A DNA stretch of 64,000 nt from Candidatus Marinacidobacterales bacterium. GTDB taxonomy: Bacteria; Acidobacteriota; Vicinamibacteria; Marinacidobacterales; DATDRI01. The notes beneath the pieces were generated by a model that was not told the DNA's origin, did not search any database, and saw only the letters and a program-made list of their open reading frames with translations. Made by a program: the position numbers and the translations under genes. Each line of letters begins with the position of its first letter. The first letter of the stretch is position 1. The DNA lies in NCBI GenBank assembly GCA_965226495.1, contig OZ245365.1, positions 5,344,001-5,408,000 of the forward strand, given 5' to 3'. This document shows, one piece after another, positions 18,312 to 28,796 of this stretch.

Positions 18312-18917
18312 TCAAGGCGACCAACCGTGAACACCTAACCCTTCCAAGACCAGCTGAACGGAAAGCGCCGCCAGTATCATCCCCATGACCCGGACCAAGA
18401 TGGAGGCTCCGTTCTTCCCAATCACTTTCACGATGGGGCCGGCTAGCAACATGAGCACGTAGGCAACAGCGAGGATGGCGGCGAGGACTAGGGCCGTTCC
18501 CAGCTGAATCGAAACGGTGTGGATGTCGTTGTCGGTGAGGATGATGACCGCCAGGATCGACCCCGGGTTTGCAATCGACGGAACCGCCAGCGGAAAGACC
18601 GCGATGTCATGACCTGGCTCTGGGGCAAAGGTAGAGTCGCTTCCGAAAATCATCTGAAGCCCGAAAATGAAGAGGATAATGCCACCCGCAACTTGAAGCG
18701 ATAGCAGATCGAGTTCCATTCCCGCCAAGACGAGCTGGCCGATCACGAGAGAAACGAAGAGGATGACAGCAGAATAGAGTATGGCCCGCGCGGCGGTCCG
18801 ACGACGCTTGTCGGGGGAGAGACCCACCGTCAATGCGGCGAAAATCAACATGGTTGTAATGGGGTCGATGGTCGCCCACAGCATGAGCGCGTCACGAATA
18901 AGTTTCTCGACAAGCAC
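18312..18917 (-). CDS. MarC family membrane protein
   Basis: TIDP, QVAGGIILF, IAVFPLAVPSIANPG, RVMGMILAALSVQ. Confidence 0.9.
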   Translation of the reverse strand: MLVEKLIRDALMLWATIDPITTMLIFAALTVGLSPDKRRRTAARAILYSAVILFVSLVIGQLVLAGMELDLLSLQVAGGIILFIFGLQMIFGSDSTFAPEPGHDIAVFPLAVPSIANPGSILAVIILTDNDIHTVSIQLGTALVLAAILAVAYVLMLLAGPIVKVIGKNGASILVRVMGMILAALSVQLVLEGLGVHGWSP

Positions 18918-18926
18918 GCGGCGCGC

Positions 18927-19415
18927 CTACTTTCGCTCTTGATAAACCAGACCCCGGCTCAAAAAAGAAATGCCCTGTGTGCCCGCGGTCGCAAGCATGA
19001 CCGCCTCGACCACCGGTTCATAAACCTCCTCGCTCGCTTCCCATCGAACGATGAAGTTCGCACCGGAGCCCCCTCTCGTATCGCGGTCGCCGATGAAGTA
19101 GTCAGCAGGCGCCATGGGCGTGAGTGACCGAGGCTCACTCACGTAGCTTTCTACGAGGGACCCGTCCGAGTCGTAGTAGCTCACGTCAACCAACGAGATG
19201 GCGTGCTCGGGATCTGTATTCCGTATGCTTAGGGAGATCGCGAGTGGAAGATGCTTCGTCTCGGTCCAATACACGTGTGAGTACACCGGCACATAAACTG
19301 TCTGACCGTCGGTGATCTCGATGTCGTCCGGAGGAGAGTGCTGCGCTTCGGGCTCGCTGAGGTCTTCCGCCCACTTGGGCGGCGGGGCCTGACAAGCCGC
19401 GAGCGAGCTATCCCG
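18927..19415 (-). pseudogene. DUF3124-like lipoprotein lacking its start and signal peptide
   Basis: GQTVYVPVYSH, LSIRNTD, GGSGANFIVRW, ISFLSRG. The frame extends up to a LAAC lipobox but meets a stop at 19416-19418 with no start codon. Confidence 0.75.
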
Positions 19416-19473
19416 CTACATCCGGACCGGGATTTGCAGTATGATGAGGAAGCCCCCCCGGGAGAAAAGCACG

Positions 19474-20676
19474 ATGTCCCGCCAGCTCTTCACAATTGCG
19501 GCACTATTGATCGCTAGCCTCGTCGCGAGTCCTCTGGTTTGGGCAAGCGAGAAAGAGTCGAACCTGGTCCAGGCCCATGCGGCCCCTCCCGAGGCGAGTC
19601 TCCTCGATGTCGGAATCCTGGTTTTTGATACGGGGCTTCCCGACAACGCCAAAGACCTCCGCAAGCTGGAAGCAATGGGGATCTTCGAGGAGGTCAGAAG
19701 GTCGGAGGCCATCTATATCCCCGTCCACCTGAAGCGAACGCTGCAGAAAGCGGGTTTTTGGGGCACGGTGCGGCTCGTACCGAGCGCCAGTAACCTGGAC
19801 GTTACCGTGTCGGGCTCTATCTCGTCGTCGAGCAGCGGCGAGCTGCAGCTCAAGATTCTTGCCGTGGACTCGCGTGGCGAAGTCTGGCTCGACAAACGAT
19901 ACAAGGGGAAGGTGGACGCCAGCGTCTATCTCCGAAAAGAAAACACCGACGAGCCTTTTCAACAGCTCTACAACCAGATCGCGAACGACTTACTGAAGAA
20001 ACGCAAGAAATTCGATGAGGAAACCGTTCAAGCGATCCATACGACTTCACAGCTCCGGTTCGCATCGGATCTGGCGCCAGTCGCATTTTCGGACTATCTC
20101 GAGACGAACAAGAAGAATCGCCACTCAGTGGTACGACTGCCCGCCCGGGACGATCCGATGATGGCTCGCGTCGAGCTGCTTCGCCAACGCGATCGCATGT
20201 TCATCGACGTGGTGGATTCTTACTACGCCGATTTCTACGGGCAGATGCAGGAGCCCTATAGCGGCTGGCGATCCCAGAGTTACTGGGAGGTTCAAGCGCT
20301 AAAGAACTCGGCGACGGGCTCGTCGAGCGGGTCGACCGGTATCCTTTCGACCCGTGACGTCCTGCCATGGGAGGGAGCGGGCGCCGTCTGCGGCACCCCT
20401 GGGGTCTTCGGCGAGTTTGAACCGAGGAGACGGTCTGAGCAAGCGCAGAGAAAAGCGGAAGCAAAGAAGAAATCACACATCGAAGAACTGAGGGAGCTCG
20501 GAGCGTCGCTGGCCTCCGACATGTCGCCACGACTCGTCGAGGTGGAAGGAAAAGTCCTCGAGCTGACTGGCTCGGTGGAGACCCAATACGCGAGCTGGCG
20601 CGAGCTCTTACGGAAGATCTTCGCTGCCGAGAGTGAACTGCCCGTCCTCTCGAACGTCGAAACGACCGATTCCTAA
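19474..20676 (+). CDS. Secreted hypothetical protein
   Basis: Signal peptide, long ORF with host-like composition; no function recognised. Confidence 0.8.
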   Translation: MSRQLFTIAALLIASLVASPLVWASEKESNLVQAHAAPPEASLLDVGILVFDTGLPDNAKDLRKLEAMGIFEEVRRSEAIYIPVHLKRTLQKAGFWGTVRLVPSASNLDVTVSGSISSSSSGELQLKILAVDSRGEVWLDKRYKGKVDASVYLRKENTDEPFQQLYNQIANDLLKKRKKFDEETVQAIHTTSQLRFASDLAPVAFSDYLETNKKNRHSVVRLPARDDPMMARVELLRQRDRMFIDVVDSYYADFYGQMQEPYSGWRSQSYWEVQALKNSATGSSSGSTGILSTRDVLPWEGAGAVCGTPGVFGEFEPRRRSEQAQRKAEAKKKSHIEELRELGASLASDMSPRLVEVEGKVLELTGSVETQYASWRELLRKIFAAESELPVLSNVETTDS

Positions 20677-20754
20677 CTCAACTTCCTGTTCTGGAAGATC
20701 GGCCCTACCCGAGCTATAGTGTGGTCGCGAAAGAAATGGGTAGAGGAGGTTCTC

Positions 20755-21321
20755 ATGAAGGCTGACGCGCTCGTACGATTATCGTTCTCGGGTTTTCTGC
20801 TGGTTGGGGCGGTATCGGGCTTTAGCACGGTGGCCTCCGCCGAAGAGATCTATACAGCGTTGTTGGTGGAGTCACGCGGGCTGCGCGAGGACAAAACGGC
20901 CCAACTCACGCTGACCATCGAGCAATTTAGCACTGAAGAGGACACCGCTCGGCTCCAGCAAATCTTCGACGAGAAAGGCTCCGATGGGCTCATCGAGGCG
21001 CTACACCAGATGGACCGAGGCGTTGCACAGATCAAGGGTGGACCGACGACTCGCGTCAATCACGTGCGCGTGCACGAGGGAGAAACCGGCAACCAGGTCA
21101 TCATCGTCACCGACCGGCCGCTCTACTTTCCGGGCGATCGGCCCGATATGCAGTCCATAGGCGCACTCGGTATCGTCCAGCTCCAGACCAACAAGCGGGG
21201 AATGGGACGCGGTATGATCGCTGCGATCATCCACGTTGGCGTCAAAAAAGATGGGTCGCTGGAGATTCAGACTCACAACACTGCGACCATCTCACTCGAG
21301 GATGTCCAGCGGCTGAAGTAA
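20755..21321 (+). CDS. Secreted hypothetical protein
   Basis: GAGGAGG RBS, signal peptide ending ASA, IIVTDRP motif. Confidence 0.8.
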   Translation: MKADALVRLSFSGFLLVGAVSGFSTVASAEEIYTALLVESRGLREDKTAQLTLTIEQFSTEEDTARLQQIFDEKGSDGLIEALHQMDRGVAQIKGGPTTRVNHVRVHEGETGNQVIIVTDRPLYFPGDRPDMQSIGALGIVQLQTNKRGMGRGMIAAIIHVGVKKDGSLEIQTHNTATISLEDVQRLK

Positions 21322-21464
21322 AACCTGCACCCGAAGTCTCAATTCCATCGCCCGTAGTCACCCCTACCTTGCCTTTCCCTCGGGTTCGGGTTAAGAACCA
21401 GCTGATGCGTACGGGAGTTGTGAAGTGACCAAGAAAGCGAACCGAGCGCGGTAGGAGAATAGAC

Positions 21465-22988
21465 ATGTCGAAATCGTCATCTTTCGGAATCACACTCATT
21501 TTGTCGTGGGGAATGTTAGCTTGCGGGCAAGCCCAAGACGCCCCGACGGGCGAATCGAGCGAACAGACCTTGGCCACCACGGAGAGCGCTACTTCTGCGC
21601 CGGCCGACGAAGAACAGCTCCTCCGCCGAGCTAGCGCGTCCTACAAAGATCTCGGTCTCGATCGCGTCGAGATGGGTGACCTCGATGAAATGATCGCGCG
21701 ACGGGTAATCCGCGCTCTCGTCACGTACAGCGAGACTTTTTACTTCCTCGACGGCCCGAACCAGAGAGGCGTGTCCTACGAGTCCTTCAAGATGTTCGAG
21801 GACGAGCTCAACAAAGAGCTCGACACCGGGAACTTGAAGGTCTACGTAGTGCTGGTCCCAGTGTCGAGAGATCAGCTTCTGCCCGCCTTGGCCGAGGGTC
21901 TGGGAGACATCGCCGCCGCCGGCTTGACGATCACACCCGAGCGGCAACGGCAAGTCGATTTTTCGGATCCTTTCATGACAGATGTCAATGAAATCGTCGT
22001 GACCGGTCCCAGCGCCCCTCCGCTGGAGTCCCTCGACGATCTCGCGGGCCAGCAGATCTATGTCCGGCAATCGAGCAGCTACTATGACAGCCTGCAAGGG
22101 CTCAATCGCACGTTCGAGGACGCGGGCAAGCCACTCATGATCCTCAAGGCGGCCGAAGAGTACCTAGAGGACGAAGACCTATTGGAAATGGTGGATGCCA
22201 GCCTCATTCCGATCATCGTGGTCGACGAGTACAAAGCCGAGTTCTGGGATCAGATCTTCGAGAACATTACCCTTCACCCCACCCTTGCGGTGCGTGACCG
22301 TGGCGCCATCGCATGGGCGTTTCGCAAGAATAGCCCCCAGCTTGCCGAGGTCGTGAATCGCTTTGTCGCCCGAAACAAGAAGGGGACGTTGATGGGTAAT
22401 ATTCTCTTGAAGCGTTACCTCAAAGACACGAAATATGTAACCAACGCGCTCGCCGGCGAAGACCGAGTGCGATTCGACAAAACGGTGGACCTCTTCGAGA
22501 AACACTCCGACCAATACGGTTTCGACTACCTGATGATGGTGGCGCAGGGCTATCAAGAATCGCGGCTGGACCAGAGCCTCGTCAGCCATCGAGGCGCGGT
22601 TGGCATTATGCAGTTACTGCCGAGTACGGCGGCTGACAAATCGGTGGGGATTCCAGACATTCATAACGCCGACAACAACGTCCAGGCGGGAATCAAGTAT
22701 ATGCGCTGGATTCGCGAAACCTACTTCAACGACGATGCGATCGATGAGAGAAACAAGACACTGCTCTCATTTGCGTCTTACAACGCAGGCCCCAACCGTA
22801 TCCGACGGATTCGGGCGAAGGCTTCCGAGCGGGGGCTCGATCCCAACGAATGGTTCCGAAACGTTGAAGTCGTCGCCGCCGAGGAGATAGGACGCGAGAC
22901 GGTTCAGTACGTGAGCAACATTTATAAGTATTACGCTGCATACCGGCTTGTCATGGATGAGCTCGACCGGAAACAGCGTAAGACGTGA
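21465..22988 (+). CDS. mltF: MltF-like lytic transglycosylase (family-3 SBP plus SLT domain), lipoprotein
   Basis: LAC lipobox; GDIAAAGLTITPER; YQESRLDQ, GAVGIMQ, ASYNAGP, ETVQYV. Confidence 0.88.
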   Translation: MSKSSSFGITLILSWGMLACGQAQDAPTGESSEQTLATTESATSAPADEEQLLRRASASYKDLGLDRVEMGDLDEMIARRVIRALVTYSETFYFLDGPNQRGVSYESFKMFEDELNKELDTGNLKVYVVLVPVSRDQLLPALAEGLGDIAAAGLTITPERQRQVDFSDPFMTDVNEIVVTGPSAPPLESLDDLAGQQIYVRQSSSYYDSLQGLNRTFEDAGKPLMILKAAEEYLEDEDLLEMVDASLIPIIVVDEYKAEFWDQIFENITLHPTLAVRDRGAIAWAFRKNSPQLAEVVNRFVARNKKGTLMGNILLKRYLKDTKYVTNALAGEDRVRFDKTVDLFEKHSDQYGFDYLMMVAQGYQESRLDQSLVSHRGAVGIMQLLPSTAADKSVGIPDIHNADNNVQAGIKYMRWIRETYFNDDAIDERNKTLLSFASYNAGPNRIRRIRAKASERGLDPNEWFRNVEVVAAEEIGRETVQYVSNIYKYYAAYRLVMDELDRKQRKT

Positions 22989-22998
22989 GACGTTCGAC

Positions 22999-23370
22999 TT
23001 ACTCCGACCGTATGGACTTGGCGTCGCCGAGTAAATCTAGCGTTCGCGCGTACCGAACGACGCGATCGAGTTGCGTGAGCTCACCCCGAAGCGCTTGGCG
23101 ACCGGTATCTGTAAGCGCGAAGTATCGCCGCCGCAATTTCTCCCTGCCCGACGTCGCCTTCCGCCGCGATCCCATGACTAGACCTTCTCTTTCCAGACGC
23201 TGGATGGCGACATAAAGAGTACCCGAGCCGAGGCGGATGCGACCGTCGGTGCGCCGCTCGACGTCGAGCTTGATGCCATAGCCGTGCCTGGCCTCCTCGG
23301 CCAAAGCCAGCAAGATGTGGAACTCGACAGGTGTGAGTTTCCCACCAGACGGCGCAGATATATCGACCAT
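22999..23370 (-). CDS. PadR family transcriptional regulator
   Basis: FHILLAL, RHGYGI, GSGTLY, RRRYFALTDTG. Confidence 0.9.
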   Translation of the reverse strand: MVDISAPSGGKLTPVEFHILLALAEEARHGYGIKLDVERRTDGRIRLGSGTLYVAIQRLEREGLVMGSRRKATSGREKLRRRYFALTDTGRQALRGELTQLDRVVRYARTLDLLGDAKSIRSE

Positions 23371-23407
23371 CGACATAACGATAGTCGACACTAGGTCGGA
23401 TTGTCAA
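23371..23407 (-). promoter_or_regulatory. Probable leaderless sigma70 promoter of the PadR gene
   Basis: TTGACA-N18-TATCGT, 7 nt before ATG 23370; near-palindrome TATATCGAccaTCGACATA over the start. Confidence 0.55.
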
Positions 23408-23454
23408 ATGAAGGACTCGGCAAACGCGCTATTATCCTTCCGGGAGAAGCTAAC

Positions 23455-25266
23455 TTGGAGACATTCGCGGATATCCGCAATCTAGCCATCATCGCCCATG
23501 TGGACCATGGGAAGACCACCCTGGTGGACGCCATGCTGCATCAAAGTGGCGTCTTTCGGGCCAATCAAGAAATCCAGGAACGGGTCCTCGACTCCAACGA
23601 ACTCGAGCGGGAGCGCGGCATCACCATTCTGGCCAAGAACACGGCCGTCTCCTTTCACGGCACGAAGATCAATATCGTCGACACACCCGGACACGCCGAC
23701 TTTGGGGGAGAGGTAGAGAGGGCCCTCAGTATGGTCGACGGAGCGATGCTTCTCGTCGACGCCAGCGAGGGCCCGCTGCCGCAGACTCGCTACGTCTTAG
23801 GAAAGGCGCTGACCGCCAAGCTGCCTCTGATCCTGGTGGTGAACAAGATCGATCGACAAGACGCCCGTATCCAGGAAGTCGTGAACGAGGTATTCGATTT
23901 GTTCATAGACCTCGATGCCAACGAAGCCCAGCTGGAGTTCCCGATCCTCTATACGAATGCCCGCGCCGGTTTGGCTCGCACCGAACCCGACGAAAAGGAC
24001 TCCGACCTTGGTCCGCTCTTCGAGGCGATTCTCGAGCACTTGCCGGCGCCCTCGGGTGATGCCACATCACCACTACAGCTCATGGTCTCGAACCTCGATT
24101 ACAGCGACTACCTCGGGCGGCTGGCCATTGGCCGCATCACGCAGGGGACGCTGCGGGTCGGAGACGATGTGACCATCGCGAAGGGAGAGGATGTTTACAA
24201 ACCGACGAGGATCGTAAAGATGTTCCAGTTCACCGGACTCGAACGCGTTCCGTGCGAGGAGGCGCGTTTCGGAGACATCATCTGCCTTGCTGGCGTCGAG
24301 GGCATTGCGATCGGTGATACCGTCACTGAGCTGGAACGCCCGCTACCGCTGCCGCGCCTGAGAATCGATGAGCCCACGTTGTCGATGGTCTTCTCCATCA
24401 ACTCGTCGCCGTTCGTAGGTCGGGAAGGCGAGTCGGTGACCTCGCGAAAGCTAGGGGAACGACTCGATAGGGAGCTTCTCTCGAACGTGTCGCTTCAAGT
24501 CGAAGAGACCGACGTACCGGACTCCTTCAAGGTCTTCGGTCGCGGTGAGCTTCAACTCGCCATATTGGTGGAGACGATGCGCCGAGAAGGTTTCGAGCTT
24601 TCGCTCTCCAATCCCGAGGTCATCACAAAGGAAGTCGGCGGTGTCAAGAAAGAACCCTTCGAGATCTTGCTGGTCGACGTGGCCGAGGCCTTCCAGGGAG
24701 TGGTCGTCGAAAAGCTGGGAATTCGAAAGGGAGTGCTCACCCACATGGTGAACCACGGCTCGGGACGCGTTCGGTTGGAATTTCGCGTGCCCTCCCGAGG
24801 GCTCATCGGGATCCGGAGCGAGCTTCTTGCCGATACGCGAGGCACCGCGGTCATGAACACGCTCTTCGACGCGTACGACGATTGGCAGGGGAATCTGCCG
24901 ACGCGACTAACGGGTGCTTTGGTCGCGGACCGAAGGGGAAAGGCCACTGCTTACGCACTTCACAATCTCGAAGATCGCGGTGAGCTATTCATTGGTCCGG
25001 GTATCGAGGTCTATGAAGGTATGGTGGTGGGTGAGAATGCTCGGCCGGCAGACCTGGACGTCAACATTACGAAAGAGAAGAAGCTCACCAACATACGGCA
25101 GTCCACGTCCGACATTGCGGTCCGTCTCACCCCCCACCGACAGCTCAACCTCGAGCAAGCCATCGAGTTCATCCAGACCGATGAGCTCGTGGAAGCGACA
25201 CCGCGCTCTGTTCGATTAAGGAAAAAAATCCTCGCCGCCAACCAGCGACCCAAGCGCCGACCCTAA
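23455..25266 (+). CDS. typA: Translational GTPase TypA/BipA
   Basis: [53 protein letters not shown]. Confidence 0.97.
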   Translation: METFADIRNLAIIAHVDHGKTTLVDAMLHQSGVFRANQEIQERVLDSNELERERGITILAKNTAVSFHGTKINIVDTPGHADFGGEVERALSMVDGAMLLVDASEGPLPQTRYVLGKALTAKLPLILVVNKIDRQDARIQEVVNEVFDLFIDLDANEAQLEFPILYTNARAGLARTEPDEKDSDLGPLFEAILEHLPAPSGDATSPLQLMVSNLDYSDYLGRLAIGRITQGTLRVGDDVTIAKGEDVYKPTRIVKMFQFTGLERVPCEEARFGDIICLAGVEGIAIGDTVTELERPLPLPRLRIDEPTLSMVFSINSSPFVGREGESVTSRKLGERLDRELLSNVSLQVEETDVPDSFKVFGRGELQLAILVETMRREGFELSLSNPEVITKEVGGVKKEPFEILLVDVAEAFQGVVVEKLGIRKGVLTHMVNHGSGRVRLEFRVPSRGLIGIRSELLADTRGTAVMNTLFDAYDDWQGNLPTRLTGALVADRRGKATAYALHNLEDRGELFIGPGIEVYEGMVVGENARPADLDVNITKEKKLTNIRQSTSDIAVRLTPHRQLNLEQAIEFIQTDELVEATPRSVRLRKKILAANQRPKRRP

Positions 25267-25277
25267 AGAGGACTGGT

Positions 25278-25607
25278 TTACTTCGCCGGTAGGGATTTGG
25301 CGTAGTCCACTCCCTGGGCGACCCAGCGACGGAGCGCGGCCTCGGTCCGGTAACCGGCGGGACCGATGTACACCATGCTTTTGAGAGCCTTGCCCGTGAA
25401 ATCCATTTCGCGAGCGTAGGGCTTATCGAGTGCCTTGCTTACTCCGTCTTTCCCTAACCGCAACACAAGGTCCTTCTTGATCACGCCACAGCACATATTT
25501 CCATTGTGCAGAAAAGCGAGACCTCCGAACATCTTCTTCTCGGTAATACCCTGTCGTCTCTTGAGAACCGACCGGATGCGGTCGGCGAGCTTGTCATCGT
25601 AGGCCAT
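25278..25607 (-). CDS. TfoX/Sxy N-terminal family protein
   Basis: MAYDDKLADRIR, EKKMFGGLAFL, SLPAK. Confidence 0.88.
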   Translation of the reverse strand: MAYDDKLADRIRSVLKRRQGITEKKMFGGLAFLHNGNMCCGVIKKDLVLRLGKDGVSKALDKPYAREMDFTGKALKSMVYIGPAGYRTEAALRRWVAQGVDYAKSLPAK

Positions 25608-25639
25608 GATCGGCTCCCTGAGTGGATGCAATCGGAAGT

Positions 25640-25719
25640 GACGGGTGCCAAACAACCGCGAGCGGAAAAGTCATTAGTAAATAGGCTAGTGCTCCCAGTA
25701 GAAATGTCTTCCTTTTCAT
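25640..25719 (-). pseudogene. 5' stub of a membrane protein coupled to the SRPBCC gene
   Basis: ATGA overlap with the SRPBCC stop; MKRKTFLLGALAYLLMTFPLAVVWH, then abrupt loss. Confidence 0.5.
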
Positions 25720-26189
25720 TGAATGACTCGCTCCGATTCTGGTCCGTTCAGTAACTTCGCAAGACGGTCGAAGGTACCCTGCCAACCGAGGTCGTGGCGG
25801 GCTCGCGTCTCCTCGTTGGGGAAGCGGTCGTGAGTGACGACAACCTCGGTCTCATCGTCGTGCTCGATGAACTCCACCGTGACCAGGGTCTCTATCCCCG
25901 CGTGCGGATCGGGCTCCGCCCACGTCCAGGTAAAGATGAGCCTCGCGGGAGAAGAGACCTCCTCGAACGTTCCGAGAACATAATCCACGCTCCCATCGGG
26001 AAGATGAAAACCGAAGCGGTAGGCTCCGCCCGCCCGTAGATCCAATTCGATCACATCGGTGGCAATCTCTTCGCTCGGAGAAAACCAGCGCGCCAGCTCC
26101 GTCGGGTCGGTGAAGGCCCGAAAGATTCTTTCCCTCGACACGCCATAACGACGTTTGGCAACTACCTTCACTGTCGAGCCTTCGGTCAT
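25716..26189 (-). CDS. SRPBCC/AHA1-like domain protein
   Basis: FRAFTDP..LARWF, DLRAGG, LIFTW, H..GW. Confidence 0.9.
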   Translation of the reverse strand: MTEGSTVKVVAKRRYGVSRERIFRAFTDPTELARWFSPSEEIATDVIELDLRAGGAYRFGFHLPDGSVDYVLGTFEEVSSPARLIFTWTWAEPDPHAGIETLVTVEFIEHDDETEVVVTHDRFPNEETRARHDLGWQGTFDRLAKLLNGPESERVIQ

Positions 26190-26524
26190 CGTGCGCCCCC
26201 GTCTCTCAGTAGATCACCTAGCCTCTCGAGAGTCCCTTCCCAGAATTCCCGATGCCGGGATATCCAATGCTGGGCTTCGTCGAGACGCTTCGGCATCAAA
26301 CGAAAACGATGCGTTCGACCTTCGACTTTCCTGGACAAGAGACCGGCACGCTCGAGCACCCGGAGGTGTTTCGATGCCGTGGGCTGGGTAATGTCGAACG
26401 GCTCCCCCAGCTCGCCTGCGGTGCACGCGCCTCGCCGGGCCAGCATTGCCAACATGGCTCGCCGGGTTCCATCTCCCAGTGCGTGGAACGTGCGGTCGAG
26501 CACATGATCGTAATGTATAGCCAT
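26186..26524 (-). CDS. ArsR/SmtB family regulator
   Basis: FHALGDGTRR, SKHLRVLERAGL. Confidence 0.92.
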   Translation of the reverse strand: MAIHYDHVLDRTFHALGDGTRRAMLAMLARRGACTAGELGEPFDITQPTASKHLRVLERAGLLSRKVEGRTHRFRLMPKRLDEAQHWISRHREFWEGTLERLGDLLRDGGAR

Positions 26525-26559
26525 ATGACTATACTATGATTAGGGAGCAATCCTGTCAA
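26516..26559 (-). promoter_or_regulatory. Leaderless promoter and palindromic operator of the ArsR-SRPBCC operon
   Basis: TTGACA-N17-TAGTAT-N6-ATG; TATAGCCATATGACTATA (one mismatch from a perfect palindrome) at 26516-26533 spans the start codon. Confidence 0.8.
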
Positions 26560-26786
26560 GAGACAAGCAGACCCCGTACTTTCTACGCGTCGAAACCCGT
26601 ACTCTTACGGATTTTCAGCAGCGATCATTCTGTTAGAAAGACAGGCTGGCGGAGCGTGAAATCAGTCCTTGCAAAGACTGACGTTTCGCAAGCTTCGCCC
26701 AGATCACGATGAACCCAAAGTCCGTTTCATGCGCAAGTGGGAGCAAACATGTGCTGGTTGATCGCCCAGGGTAAGATAGCGTCCCC

Positions 26787-27866
26787 ATGCAGATTCAGGA
26801 GTGGCTGAACGGCAACCTCTCGGGGCTCCTCCCGGTCGCGGTCGAGATCACGGTCGTCCTGGTGGCCCTGTTCGTCATCCGGCACTTGCTGGAAAAGCGC
26901 TACTCTCATGTCCCGGATCGTCATTTTCGATTCCAGCTCATCATGGTGGCATTCAGTCTGCTGGGCCTCCTAGTCATCATCATGTCACTGCCCATCGGGG
27001 ACGTCGCACGGGGCCAACTCCTGAGTCTTTTGGGAATTGTCCTCAGTGCCACGATCGCGCTCTCCTCGACGACCTTCGTCGGAAACGCCATGGCGGGCAT
27101 GATGTTGCGGGCCGTCCGGAGCTTTCGCGCCGGGGACTTCATTCGCGTGGGAGATCATTTCGGACGGGTCTCCGAGCGAGAGCTCTTCCACGTCGAGATC
27201 CAGACCGAGGACCGGGACCTCACAACCCTGCCCAACCTTTATCTCGTCACGAACCCGGTGACCGTCGTGCGCTCCTCGGGTACCATCGTCTCGACGACCC
27301 TGTCACTGGGATATGACGTCCCACACCCGAAGATCGAGGGGTGTCTGTTGAAGGCGGCAGAACGAGCCGAGCTTCAAGAACCCTTCGTGCACGTGAACGA
27401 TCTGGGTGATTTTTCGGTCACCTACCGCATTGCGGGCCTCCTTCCAAAAGTGAAGGAGCTTCTGTCTGCGCGTTCTCGACTCCGAACGATGGTTCTAGAA
27501 GAGCTCCACGCGGCGGGGATCGAGATCGTTTCCCCCACCTTCATGAATACGCGGGCAATCCGGGAAGGACATTCGTTCATTCCACCCCCTGAGGCTCGTC
27601 CGGTGAAGCAGGCATCCCGGAAGCCGGCACCCGAGTCCATTGCGTTTGACAAAGCGGATAAAGCCGAAAGTCTCGCCAACTTGCAGTCTCGCGTCGAGAG
27701 CCTCGAGAAAAAACTCAAAGAGCTCGAGGAGGAGGCGTCTCAAGCAGAGAAAGGCCCTGAACGGGATAGGGTCAAGGCCGAGATCGACCGCCTCGGGGAA
27801 CGAAAGGCGTGGCTAAAAGAAATGCTCGAGGCCAAGATGAAATCCTCGAAAGAGGAGACAGAATAG
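26787..27866 (+). CDS. MscS family mechanosensitive channel with coiled-coil tail
   Basis: 3 TM, FRAGDFIRVG, TLPN, LGYDV, GIEIVSP. Confidence 0.9.
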   Translation: MQIQEWLNGNLSGLLPVAVEITVVLVALFVIRHLLEKRYSHVPDRHFRFQLIMVAFSLLGLLVIIMSLPIGDVARGQLLSLLGIVLSATIALSSTTFVGNAMAGMMLRAVRSFRAGDFIRVGDHFGRVSERELFHVEIQTEDRDLTTLPNLYLVTNPVTVVRSSGTIVSTTLSLGYDVPHPKIEGCLLKAAERAELQEPFVHVNDLGDFSVTYRIAGLLPKVKELLSARSRLRTMVLEELHAAGIEIVSPTFMNTRAIREGHSFIPPPEARPVKQASRKPAPESIAFDKADKAESLANLQSRVESLEKKLKELEEEASQAEKGPERDRVKAEIDRLGERKAWLKEMLEAKMKSSKEETE

Positions 27867-27917
27867 TAAAACCATTCCATTCCATTACGATCCCAAACTA
27901 TTAAAGGAGACCAACGA

Positions 27918-28736
27918 ATGAAGAAGTTGATGAAGTTTTTCATTGTACTTGTAACGATCCTCGCTGCGGTGACGGCTACGCTCTCCGTGGCTCAAGCTAC
28001 CGAAGCTCCGGTTCTGGAAAGAATCGTCAAGAGCGGAACCATGCGAGTAGGTCTATCCGGCGACCAACCGCCCTATAATGCAACCAGCCGGGGCGGCGAG
28101 CTCATCGGCTTAGAAGTCGATCTCGCCAACCTCTTGGCCGGTGCGTTCGGCGTGAAGGTCGAGTTCGTGAAGAAGCCGTTTCCAGAGCTCATGGCCGCAC
28201 TCAAGGCTTCTGAGGTCGACATCGTGATGTCGGGCATGGCGATCACTCCGGAACGGAGCATCGATGCGGCGTTCGTCGGTCCCTACTTGCTCTCGGGAAA
28301 ATCAATCCTGACCAACTCGAACACCCTCGCCGCGATCAAAGAGGCCGGTCAGATCAACCGCGCCAACCTGAAGCTGGCGGCCCTCGAAAATTCGACCAGC
28401 CAGCGTTTCGTAGAGATGAATCTCCCCGAGGCCACCTTCGTCCCCATCAAGGACTACGAAAGTGGAGTCAACATGGTGATCAGTGACGAAGTCGATGCCC
28501 TCGTTGCGGACATGCCGATCTGCCTCCTTTCGGTCATGCGTTATCCCGGCAAAGGTCTCGCCACACTCAATGAACCCCTGAACGTTGAGCCGATTGGCAT
28601 CGCACTGCCCGCGAACGACCCGCAACTGAAAGGCCTTCTCGAGAACTATATTACTGCCTTCGAAGGTACTGGAATTCTCCAGGGACTCAGGAAGAAGTGG
28701 CTCGAGGATAGCTCTTGGATAGCGGCCCTGCCGTAA
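27918..28736 (+). CDS. Family-3 (amino acid-type) substrate-binding protein, orphan
   Basis: Signal peptide, DQPPYN, GLEVDLA, SGMAITPERS, EPIGIA. Confidence 0.9.
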   Translation: MKKLMKFFIVLVTILAAVTATLSVAQATEAPVLERIVKSGTMRVGLSGDQPPYNATSRGGELIGLEVDLANLLAGAFGVKVEFVKKPFPELMAALKASEVDIVMSGMAITPERSIDAAFVGPYLLSGKSILTNSNTLAAIKEAGQINRANLKLAALENSTSQRFVEMNLPEATFVPIKDYESGVNMVISDEVDALVADMPICLLSVMRYPGKGLATLNEPLNVEPIGIALPANDPQLKGLLENYITAFEGTGILQGLRKKWLEDSSWIAALP

Positions 28737-28796
28737 ATGAATTTCCTAACGAGGGTGCACGACCAGCTCGTTGAATGAACCAGTAGGAGGTAGACC